From Selaginella moellendorffii (taxonomy: Eukaryota > Plantae > Lycopodiophyta): 64,000 nucleotides of DNA. Made by a program: the position numbers and the translations under genes. The DNA lies in contig NW_003314285.1 in the NCBI RefSeq assembly GCF_000143415.4, positions 1 to 64,000 on the forward strand, given 5' to 3'. How positions within the stretch are numbered: position 1 is the stretch's first letter; every line of letters begins with the position of its first letter. Under the pieces are notes generated by a model that was not told the DNA's origin, did no database searches, and saw nothing but the letters and a program-made list of their open reading frames with translations. Shown piece by piece: positions 34,180 to 45,341 of this stretch.

Positions 34180-37100
34180 CCCACAGAGCAACAAGCTCTT
34201 CAAAGTTTTGGGAGGTAGAGCTGCTCTTCCAATTCCTTTTTTCTTTCAGAGAATGAAAAGTGCTTCTTTCGATCTCATGCATTCCTTCTCAAGCAGGTAT
34301 AAACCAGGAACCTTAAAACCATTGTTACGCTGGACCGTAACTTGGGATGGAGTGAACGGGGTAAGCGGTCTTGATTTAGAAAACGCTCAAGATGGTCACG
34401 CATCGCAGCAAAAACATGAGTTGCCAGATTGAGATAGTGTCGCATTGGAACGCATTGATGATGGCTGAGCTCTACCTCGGGCAAAGGATCCATAGCTGGA
34501 ATTCTTCCACACTGAGAGCTAGGATCATACGAGAGAGACCAAAATCTTCTAGCCATTCTCGCAGGATACACTACTTTCTTAAGAAAAGTCAGGATTTCCT
34601 CCGGATTTTCTCCGTATCGCGCTCGTACAGGAGACGTGGTTGCATGATGTGGCTTTTCCCTCTGACTGGAAAAGTTCGTTGGTCAACAAAAGCTGTCGTG
34701 TGACCGGGATATTCGATTCAAGTCACTGGGGATATTCGCACACTCTAGAAAGCTCGCCTTCCTTTTCACGCTCAATCATTCAGCGTGGCGATAAGACAAG
34801 GGGAGGAATGCAAATAAACTTTGAGCTCACAGCGATGCGATGGCATTGAATTAGATTTTGGTGGATTGGACTGGCATTGAATTGGATCAACGCTGCTTTG
34901 AGTCCCACTTTCACATCCAATCTCTATGCATGTCTCGGAAGAGCATGGAAGTTAAAATGGTTTTTATTACTTTTCTTCTCACCAAAGAGGTAAGGGATTC
35001 TTGGAGCAGTGTCATTTTGATGATGGAAAATGATATGTGAAGAAACAGGGAGCACTTGCGTCAAGTCAGGATCTATAGTTTGGATGGGGACACTGGGAAG
35101 AAAACAAACATTTAACTATTCTTGAGAATAGGATTAGAGAGAAGAGGTTCTTCCTTTCTCAATCTAGTTCGCTCGGACAATGCTGGACAAGAAACAAACA
35201 GGGACAAAGTGTTGATCCCAGCGAGAGAGAGCGCTCGTCTTCGTCTTTGAAGGCTTCAAAGCTGGTTTCCTTATACCATATAAACTGTTGGATCAATTGG
35301 GACAATCCAACCGCCAGCACCAGCAGTAGCGGTGCATCGAGCAAATCCATGGATTTGGGATGCTTTGACTGCGAATTAAAACTCGGGGCACATAGCACCA
35401 TCTTTGTGTCGAGCATGGCCACGACAGATCCGTCTATGCAAGTGATTAAACAAATCACCATCCAGCTTTTCTTGTCCCACGGGTGCCTGGTTTCAACACA
35501 AAACCATTTTCTTAACTTTCAAAACCAAAAGACACAAAGCTAGTTTTGTTTCGCGTGTGAATCCATGAAACCCAATCCGTCTCGAGCCAGCGACCGAAGA
35601 CCCAAGAAATTCTAGAAACCAACGTAACAAAAAGGTGGCGAGCGTAGTTAGATAGATGTGGTCCGTACGGCAGCGCGTGCCGGGCTAGTTCGTACTGTGA
35701 CGACGCGGCTTCCCCCGGCGAGCTGACGGGAGTCAGACGTGGCAGAGTATCCCGGAAATCTAGCGCGCGGTAGATACTTGGCACATGCTCATATGCCGTA
35801 CAAGCGTACTTGACTGACGGGCTGACGGCCCTTGACGGTTGCACTTGCCGGCGAAAGTAAATCTGGGAGCTGGTAAAAGGTGACGCTAAAGTAACTCTAG
35901 CTTGTCAGTTTGCCCTAGAAAACAAACCATTTCCATGCAAAAAAGCGGGGGCGTGCTACTGTAAACTTCTATAAAAATGTGGGTGACGTTTGTACTTCGC
36001 CATTGTCCCAACATGTGGATTCATTGTTGATGCGAGTACGTCTGCAACCAGAGCTAGATCGATCCATCCATCGATCGATTCAAAGAACTTGGAAAGAAGG
36101 CTCTAAAAATGCATCACCCGGCCCTTCCAGCCTATAAAGACCTGTACCTTTTGTACTCGCTGGTGAATCGCTAGATCGCAATGTGGGGGCCTGTTTTGCC
36201 GAGTTCTTGGGCAGAGCCTCGTGTTACATCTCACCTCAGGCTTTTGATGGAATGGAAGTATCATGCACTTGGGTGTTTGTGTTTGAGTTGTGCCACTTTC
36301 AAGTCTATACACCATACTTTAGGAGAATCAATGAATTTGTATACTGCCCCTTTACTTCTTTCCCCCCTGGAAACACACCCAAGTACTCTCGAGTTGCTGG
36401 ATCCAAATCCAATTGCCCGGGATTTCAAGGTACTTTCATATAACTTTGCCTTTTTCCCCATGGACCACCTTCTCCTTCCGCCTTCCTGCGTTGAACTCAA
36501 AGCTAAAATATTAATCTCGCTAGAATCTTTGGGAGGAGTGTGGTCACAATTTCAGGCTCCAGTCTATGGAGAGTCATGAGAATTAGAGGTAATGATGGAC
36601 ACTTCCCCGACCACTTCTCAGACTAGATAGAAGAGCTTCGGCTCATGCAGGCAGCAGAACAGATCACGTACAATGTTGTGCGCAAACTCGGTGGTGAGCG
36701 ATCAAGGTTGATAATGATTTTGATTGATCAAGGTTATATTTTAATCTTTCACAACTTGCTTGCTAGGATCGAGTGTGGGTGTGTATATTGTATTCAATGT
36801 GGATATCATAATTTCTTATTTGGATTTCACGTGAATGATGGATGGCTCCCTAATGCCATGATTCACAAGCGATCCTCTTTGACTGGTCTTTCAAGCTCAC
36901 TTTGTTTACACTATTGCAAAAGCTGGTGTGAGAGAACTTTCGGATTGGTTTCTAGAAAGCAGTTTTCTTGGAATTTAATGTTCAGCAAATGAACTCGCGT
37001 CGACCACCGTGTCGAAAAACCCTCTCGGTCTGGTATTTGTTTGTTTGATTAAACAAAAACTAATCAGAAACTATAGCCGCAGTGGCAACAAGAACAACAA

Positions 37101-38539
37101 AACAACAGAATAATGGATTTTGTATATAATTGGTGAATGATATACACAAAATTCCAATCGCCCACGACTCACATATGCCGTAATAAGGTTAGAAAAAACA
37201 GCTTTGGAATGCTTTGACAATAAAAATCTTTCTTGAGGCTCATGCTGTTGCCGGAACGGCAAGCTTTGATGTGCCATGTCCTGTTATTGAATTCAAACAT
37301 ATTATTCTTCACCGCCCTCGATTAATCAGCTCGGGAATTCTGTCCGCCATGAGCCCTACATGCAGTCATAAATTATGGCCTGGCCTGGTTGTTAACTTAA
37401 GAACATTCATATAAGAACATGCATGCAACACTTGGTAAATAGAATTTTAACGTGAGACGGGATCCTCGCTGCACTCAAAGTTCTTGACATCATCCAAAAG
37501 GCTGTTCTCCTTGGAAGTCCCGATGGATCAAAGGTGTATATGCGGATTGCCGGGTGGCCAGATCCGATCTAGAAGAAATTTTGCAATCCGCGGGCGCGTT
37601 AGATTTTGTTGCTGGATTGGCATATTGTTCAATGACCACCCTCGTCGTCTTAATTTCACTTTCAAGCAGCAGCAGGAACAGCAGCAGTAGAAACTTGGCA
37701 GGCAAGGAAGAATTGTTATAATCAGCGAGTCAGCTATTGCAACAGGGCAAGAACAAGGACATGAGCTTCTTTAGATTATCACCTTTGAAAACATGGGATG
37801 GCACGTAATTACATTCACGTGCAAAGAGTGTGGCTTGCGATTCTTGAATCCCTCTCGGTGCTTCTTGTATAAAACAAGAAAGAGAGCCTCTAGGGCCGAC
37901 AATCCCTCTTACAGGTAGCAAAACAACCATTTTCATAATCCAAAGCGAGCCAAAGCCGAGTCAATTAGTGCGTGCTTTTGGCAATATTCATCCGAAAGGT
38001 GGCGTGCTTGTCTCTCAAGAACCCTAAACTCCTTTTGTCATGTTGCTGGATGATCAAATGTTTCAATGCAATGTATCATGAGTGCGGCATTATTTGATGA
38101 ATACAGTAGGAGCTACGTATTGGGCCAGGTGGGGCGGGCCACAATCCCCCGACCGGCAGACCCCACCGCTCACGTCACCTTCCGGTGCCGGAGCTCCGGT
38201 TTCCCGGCCGGGCAGACCCCACTTGGGCAGCACGGGCAGCTCGGGCAGTCCGGGCAGCCTCTGTGTGCGGTGTGTTTTTTGTTCTTGAGATCGTTAGCAG
38301 CAGCCCTTCTCTGAAAATACGTCTGTCTTTCCCAGCTCTCGCTTTCGCTCATTGTTGCCTTGTTAGATCCTGGTCGTGTTATAAGAAATTCCATACCGTC
38401 TTAAGGCTTATAATATTTTTCCAATTGCGCTCTATATATCTCCTCCTCGCTGGATCCCAAGTTCTAAAGAGTTAGAGCTTCCAAGGAAAAGAAAGGAAGC
38501 TGTAGATAAAGTTCCATCTGAAGTTTCTGGGGCGTTTGG

Positions 38540-41500
38540 ATGCAGCAGCATCATAATCACCAGATCACTTGCGCTCCCAGCTTCTCCCAGCAGATGATGC
38601 TGCTTCCATCTCCTCACGGTTTCGGAGTGTTGCAGCTGCAGCACAGGAACGAAGGCAAGTTGCATTTCCACAAGGATAATGTATCCGGGAATGAATCATC
38701 TCTCTTTTAACTTCGCCTTTGCGCGCGAGTGCTTGCTTGTACATTTTGTTCTTCCAACCTGAGGGAATTTTAGTTCTATCCGGTTGCTGCTATGGTTTTT
38801 ATCCTGTTCCTCGTTTCTAATGTGCGTTTTGGTGTTGTTTCTCCAGGATCAAGCACAAGCAGCAGCAGCAACTGCTATAACTCTGCTCTCTCCCTTCTCG
38901 GCGGGGGCCCCCCCGCCGCCGCTGGAAATGTACACTACGACATGGCCCAGATGTTCATCCCAGGCCCCACGACCACCACTTCCACCTCAACCTCGGCCAC
39001 CAAGCTCGAGGATTTCATCGGCAGCGGCCCGGCTCTGGATCTCAACGACATCCACGGCTCTTCCGCCACAACCGCGGCACTCCCTTTGTTCACGGGAGGA
39101 GCTGCCGCTGCGTCTAGCCACAACAACATCATCGGTTTTGGCGGCTTGAGCAGCGGCACTCTCGATCACTGTTTCTCCACCAGCAGTAGCAGCTGCAGCT
39201 TGTTCCCGTTTCCGGAGCCGCACCAGCAGCACCAGCACCAGCAGCAGTGTGGCGGCAGCATGTACAACTTCGGTGCCGTTCACAGCAGCCTGCCATCGTT
39301 GCACCTCGCTGCTTTCGAGTTCCAGCAACAGCAACAACAAATGCCACAGGCGGGAAACTTTGAAGATCAGAGAATTGAATTGTCACCACCGCCGCCACTG
39401 CCACCGCCGCCGCACTACAGCCACGATCACCACCAGTTTCAGCAGACTCCAGGATCCGTGAACTTTTTCAATCTCAGCAATGCGAGTTCTCTGAGGAGCC
39501 CGTGGGCCGCGGAGCATCAGAGTGACGCCACCAGCCTCTCGCCGCCGGCTACGGCCCTGGAGATGGTTAGCAGCAGAGACTTTTTTCATGGCGACAAGGC
39601 TCCGCTTCCAATGGCCAAGACCATCGACCACTTACGTGAATTCCAGGATGCTGCCCAGCAGCAGCAGCAGACGAGTCGGGCGCACCTGCAAGTCGAGCCA
39701 CTCAACGCGGAGATCCTTGTCGAGTCGGATCAAAGCCTCTACAACGCCCTGCAAATGCCTGGCAGAGGAGCTCCTCACGTCGAGGAAGATCACCATGAAC
39801 AAGAGCAGAGTCACGGTGGCGGTGCCAAGAGATCCAAAGAATTGTCTGTCGGTCATAGTAATTGCTGCGACGACAACGACCTTGTCCGATCGGATCACGG
39901 CAAACGATCGGCTCCCCCAGGTGATTTGTACGAGCTCTCCTCAAAGAAGTCAGCGGCAGCAGCGGTGGACGCAAGTGGACAGCGTACATCCAAATACCGC
40001 GGTGTTACGAGGTTCGCGTTTTTAAATTCTCTCGCAAGTTTGTTCTAACTTGTCCCTCTTGTTCTTGATTGTTCTTGTTCCAGGCATCGCTGGACTCGTC
40101 GTTACGAGGCCCATCTCTGGGACAACAGCTACAAGCAACCGGGGAGAGATCGGAAAGGAAGACAAGGTATTCTTTTCTTTTCACTGTTTTTGCCTTCGTA
40201 ATAATTCCTACTCGCGAGCTAACTCTTTGGCATTTGTGTGGCTTTTGTCTCCGGATGGGATCTTCTGGGTGGAGCTCCTGCAGTGTATCTAGGTACAGTC
40301 TCTAAACTATCCACGCATTGCGTGCGCCCATTAGTTTAGGCTTTGTTTTCGCTCTTGCATTATACGAGTTTTTCATTGTCTAGTCGACAGGCATGCTCTC
40401 TTTCGCTCTCGGCTTGGCTTTGTAGGAAATTGTTTCCGCTACTGTAGAGTTTCTGACTTTGTGTCTGGTTCAAACTAGGGAGACTGTAGCTCTTAGTGTC
40501 TTGTGTGTGTGGTGTGCTAGCGTACGATGGCATCTGCAAGCCAGTTTTTTTCTCAAGTGGATTGTTTTGAGCTGTTTGTCTAAAAGAACGCTTTGGAATT
40601 GGCACCAGGTGGTTATGACAGTGAGGAGAATGCAGCCAGGGCATATGATCTAGCAGCTCTCAAGTACTGGGGACCCAACACTATTATCAACTTTCCTGTA
40701 AGATTTCGTGGGGAGGTCGCCAATGTCGACTGCTCACCAGACGCCTTGACCATCTCCTTGACTAAACTTTTTCTCTCTTCTTTTCCAGCTTGGAAACTAC
40801 ACCAAAGAGCTCGAGGAGATGAAGCACAACACAAGGCAAGAGTACGTCGCGGCCATAAGAAGGTTGGCGGGCTTTATACGTCTTGGTTTGTTTATTGGAT
40901 GGCTCTCTCTAAGGTTGCGTCGTCTCTATCAGGAAAAGCGATGGCTTCTCTCGAGGGACTTCGGTTTTCCGGGGTGTTACGAGACACCACCAGCATGGAC
41001 GATGGCAAGCGCGGATTGGACGTGTGGCTGGTCACAAGGATTTGTACTTGGGGACATTTGGTACGCTGTGCAACAGTAGAGAAAACTTTGACATGTAGCT
41101 TTTGCTTTACGACCCATCTTTGATGTGATCTCTGGATAGGCACTGAAGAAGAAGCCGCTGAGGCGTATGACCGGGCTGCTATCAAGTACCGCGGTCTCAA
41201 GGCGATCACAAACTTTGAGATAAGTCGCTATATCAAAGTTCCAAAGGAGGACGAGAATGGGAACCAAGTTTTGGAGCAAGGGCTCCAAATGGTGAAGCAA
41301 ACTCCCGATTGGCAGAACTTCTTCCAGATTATCTATCAGCCCAACCAGGCTCTCTGGCTCCAGCAGAATCAGCACTATGCAAACAGCCAAGGTTAGATCT
41401 TTCAACATCTGAAGATAAAGTTTCTAAACTTCTTTTTCATTGCAGAAACATCTGACCAGTCCGTGATCACATCGAATCCCAGCGACACCAACGAGTGCTC

Positions 41501-41705
41501 GGATCGATCGTATAATTACTCTCACTTTCAAGGAGACCATGTTGGAGGAGTCCATAGCATCCACCAAAACAAGGATCAAGTGTTCCAGTTTTGCTCTCCA
41601 CAAGCTAGTGAAGCTGCGATTCCATTCCAGCTCCAGAAACCGAGCTATGGAAGCGGCAGCAACAATCAAGTGCCAATCTTCACAGGCTGGAACGAACTGA
41701 GCTGA
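38540..41705 (+). CDS. AP2-domain transcription factor, euANT/AINTEGUMENTA-like (two AP2 domains)
   Basis: KLEDFIG motif; [26 protein letters not shown]; VYL microexon at 40284-40292; [22 protein letters not shown]; [19 protein letters not shown]; C-terminal PIFTGWNE. First exon 38540-38654 inferred via a GC donor; TATA at ~38433. Confidence 0.93.
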
Positions 41706-42629
41706 AAAGAAAAATTTCTCGAGAGAGACTTTCCCTTGTAAAAAGAATTATATATACACCACTAGGTACTTACCGCAATACTTTATCGTAGCTCTGTGGA
41801 GCTACAACAATTTTGGTACATTATAAAACTACTCAAGAGGCAGTATCAATTCAAGCATATAAACAACGAAACAAACGAATAGATTGTGCGTACTTGTTTG
41901 CGAGAACTTTTCAGGAGCTCAAAGTGCAGCCAATGAACATGCGCCATCGTCCAGGACGGGCGTACGTATAGAATAAAGTAGAAACAAAGTATAAATACTT
42001 TGAGTCATGCATCTAAGATCGAGATTCTAGAAGTTGCAACAGCTATATGGTAAAATACTAGAAGGCTATGTGGTAGCAGTGTAGCACAGAGGTAATCTAC
42101 TGTAAAGATCACCTTTCTTTTCCCTTTGAAATTCCTTCCCATATATTCCACCACCCCCATGCGCGATCTTGTTAGCAGTACTTCGTAATCCACCAAGTTG
42201 CCAGGCAGGGGCAAATGCTGCAAAGCAAGTAAGCCGTGCCCGAGAGAGCAAAGCAAGAGAACAAAAAAAGGATGGAAGGAAGAAAGGTGAGAGAGAGACA
42301 CACGCAAAAACAAGCCCAGAATCCGAGACAACCACCAAACTTCTGGCAAGCAAGTCTGGACTCTGGAGGGCGACTGGCATTCAATGCAAGAGTGTGTCTA
42401 GCTCTTCTTCCCCTTCTCTCATCTCTCTTTCTTTTCCTTCCAATCCCTTCAAGGAAATCCTCCTCAACCGCGGGTGGCGAATTTTATAATGGAAACATCA
42501 ATTCCTCAGAGTTAATGAAAGAACACGAGCGCTGACCTGATGGCAGGCGGACGAGCAAGAATCGTGGCGTGAGCCCCCCGATGTGAAGAAGGATATAAAA
42601 ATAGTATCCACACACGATAAGGAGCTTTA

Positions 42630-42827
42630 ATGGGATGGCTGGTTTTGAAAACTACGGAAGCATGGCGGCTAGCACAGCGAGCAGTAGCGAGAACGAAGAC
42701 TCGTCTTTGCTTGCTCGCAACGAGAAAACCAAGGAGAAAGACATTGTTGTCTGATATGTTTGGAGTTCACTGCACGGATACAAAGGTGGTCGAAAGCAAA
42801 GATGCCGATCAAATCTTTGGTGGCTGA
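42630..42827 (+). CDS. Candidate small basic protein, 65 aa
   Basis: ATG about 35 bp after TATAAAA (~42595); MGWLVLKTTEAWRLAQRAV...; ends 28 bp before the convergent PPR stop. Confidence 0.3.
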   Translation: MGWLVLKTTEAWRLAQRAVARTKTRLCLLATRKPRRKTLLSDMFGVHCTDTKVVESKDADQIFGG

Positions 42828-42855
42828 GGAGAAAGAGTAGCGATCAGAGAAGAAC

Positions 42856-45213
42856 TCACACTTGAGCTTCTGCGACTTGGGCGATTTCTTCTTCCTCGAG
42901 CTCCTCGCTCTCCTCGTTCCATGCCGCAACCGTGTTGGAAAGAAGCACATACGGCGCTGATTTCAATCGTCCCAGCTGCACAGCTCGCTTTGCCGCGGCC
43001 GATGCTCGCTTGGAATCGCTGTGCGTCTTGCAAGCCGAGATCAGAGACAGCCACGAGACTCCATCCGGCTCGAAAGGCATGCTCTCGATGAGATCCTGCG
43101 CGTCCTCGAGCCGCCCCGCGCGGCCGAGGATGTCGATCAAGCAGCCAAAGTGGTCGGCGGTGGCCGGGATGCTGTGATCCGCGACCATGGTGGCGAAGTA
43201 GTCGCAGCCATCCCGGAGGAGACCTCCATGGCTGCAAGATGAGAGGATGCTCATGTAAGTGATCCCGTTTGGCTGGACGCCGTTGAGAACCATGGCTTGG
43301 TGGAGCTCCAGCGCGAGCTTGTCATAGCCGTTTTGAGCGTAGGCTGCCACCATCGCGGTCCACGACACAACGTCCGCTCTGGAGCTCGCAACTTCGTCAA
43401 ACAAGCGTCGAGCCTCAGCCAGACTCGCGCATTTCCCGTAGAGGTTGACGAGGCCGGAGCAGATCATCGGGTCGCACTGCACTCCCGACTGGGCGATCGT
43501 GGAGTGGAGAACTCTCCCGACTTTGAGCGATGCCACCTTCGTGCAAGCGTCGAGCGCGTTGACGAAGGTGATGGTGTCTACTGGAACTCCTTCCAGATCC
43601 ATCTTGCTAAAGAGCTGGAGAGCTTTCTTTCCTTCGCCGTGCTGTGCGAAGGCCCCGATCATCGCCGACCACGACACCGTGTTTCGAGAAGGCATCTCGT
43701 CGAAGGTTTGCTTGGCTCGGTCGAGATGCCCGGTTTGAGTATATGCAGCGAGCATGGCAGTCCACGACACGACGTTTTGCTGGGGCATGGTTTGGAAGAG
43801 ATTCTCGGCGCTGTGGAGATCGCCATGCAATGCAAACGCGGAGATCATAGCGTTGTAGGAAACCACATCCGGGTGTGGGAGCTCGTCAAACATACACTTC
43901 GCGGTGTGTATGTCTCCCTTCTCGGCGAAAGTGGTGATCATGATGTTCCATGAAAGCTCACTCCATCGAGGCATCCGGTCGAACGCTCGCTTCGCCTCCT
44001 CCGGCACAGCATTCGCGGAGTAAGCCCCGATCATCACGTTCCACGACACCAAGTTGAGCTCCGGAGCCCGGTCAAAGAGAGCCTTTGCGTCGACGACGTT
44101 CTTGGCATCCACGAACGCCGTCAGCATGATGTTCCAGGTGATCGCATTGCTCTGCGGAATCCGGTCGAAGAGCGCCCTCGCGTCGACGAACTTGTCGTTC
44201 TGAGCGTGCGCACCGATGACGGCATTCCACGAGACGACATCCCGGTTTGGCATTCGATCGAAGTTCGCTCGAGCCTCGTCCAAGTTGCCATTTGATCCAT
44301 AGGCCGAGACGAGGCTGTTCCACGACATGAGAGTCTTATCCGGCATGGAATCAAACACCAACTTCGCCTCACGCAAATACCCGTTCTGGGCAAATGCTGA
44401 GATGACCGAGTTCCAGGCCACAAAGTCCCTCTCCGGCATGCACGAGAACAACCATTGCGCCTCCTCGAGAAACCCATTCTCTGCGTAAGCCACCACCATG
44501 ATCGTCCACGACACCACTGTGAGCTGCGGCATCTTGTCCAGCATCACCCTTGCATTCTCTAGATGCCCCCTCTGGGCATATCCCGTGATCATCGTGTTCC
44601 AGACGATGAATCCCCGCAGCTCCATCCGATCGAAGACCTGTTTGGCAGCATCGAGGTTCCCGGCCTGGGCGTATCCGGAGATGATCGTCATCCACGAGAA
44701 GCTGGAAGCCTCGGGCAGCCCATCAAAGAGCTCCTTGGCGCTGTTCATGTCTTTCAGCTCCACATACCCGGAGATGATCCCATTCCAAGTCGCGGCCTCC
44801 CACTCCGGCATTCTCGTCACCACCGCCATCGCCTGCTGGATCTGCCCCCCCTGCGCGTACGCCGCCACCATCGCGTTCCACGACACGCGATTCCTCTCGC
44901 CCATGGCGTCGAAGATCCTCCTCGACTCGCCGGGATCGCTGGAGTTGCGCGCGTGGGCGGCCAGGTAGATGTTCCACGAGAAGGAATTCTTCCTCCGGAT
45001 GGCCTGGAACGCAGCGCGCGCGTCCGCCACGCTCCCGCACAGCCCATACATCTGCACGATGAGGTTGCCCAGGAACGTCCCTCCATCGCCGCCGAGATCG
45101 CGCACCCGAGAATGCGCCCTCCTCGCCCGGGCGAGATCTCTTGCGCGCCCACATTCCCGCAGCAACGCCGCTATAGCACCCTCATCGATCGCTCCTCCAG
45201 CCCTAGCAAGCAT
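42856..45213 (-). CDS. PLS-class PPR protein with E domain, no DYW; intronless
   Basis: Many PPR repeats; SSCSHGG, LIDILGRAGRL and SAPYVLLSN. Likely start MLARAGG at 45213; the longer ORF start at 45492 overlaps the MATH gene end. Confidence 0.92.
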   Translation of the reverse strand: MLARAGGAIDEGAIAALLRECGRARDLARARRAHSRVRDLGGDGGTFLGNLIVQMYGLCGSVADARAAFQAIRRKNSFSWNIYLAAHARNSSDPGESRRIFDAMGERNRVSWNAMVAAYAQGGQIQQAMAVVTRMPEWEAATWNGIISGYVELKDMNSAKELFDGLPEASSFSWMTIISGYAQAGNLDAAKQVFDRMELRGFIVWNTMITGYAQRGHLENARVMLDKMPQLTVVSWTIMVVAYAENGFLEEAQWLFSCMPERDFVAWNSVISAFAQNGYLREAKLVFDSMPDKTLMSWNSLVSAYGSNGNLDEARANFDRMPNRDVVSWNAVIGAHAQNDKFVDARALFDRIPQSNAITWNIMLTAFVDAKNVVDAKALFDRAPELNLVSWNVMIGAYSANAVPEEAKRAFDRMPRWSELSWNIMITTFAEKGDIHTAKCMFDELPHPDVVSYNAMISAFALHGDLHSAENLFQTMPQQNVVSWTAMLAAYTQTGHLDRAKQTFDEMPSRNTVSWSAMIGAFAQHGEGKKALQLFSKMDLEGVPVDTITFVNALDACTKVASLKVGRVLHSTIAQSGVQCDPMICSGLVNLYGKCASLAEARRLFDEVASSRADVVSWTAMVAAYAQNGYDKLALELHQAMVLNGVQPNGITYMSILSSCSHGGLLRDGCDYFATMVADHSIPATADHFGCLIDILGRAGRLEDAQDLIESMPFEPDGVSWLSLISACKTHSDSKRASAAAKRAVQLGRLKSAPYVLLSNTVAAWNEESEELEEEEIAQVAEAQV

Positions 45214-45341
45214 CCACGATTGCCAATCCCATGCGTCCACGTGTATCACAATCCAACGGCCACAACAGCTAGTTAACCAACGTTGACTAAAAGAGTGTGT
45301 TTCAATTTTTTCTTTCTTTCGGAGCAAGGAGCTCCCTGGCC

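Noticed and set aside
36340-36372. miR408-like sequence (ACTGCC...TTCCCCCTGG)
   Set aside because: It has a large insertion relative to the mature miRNA and no complementary star arm.
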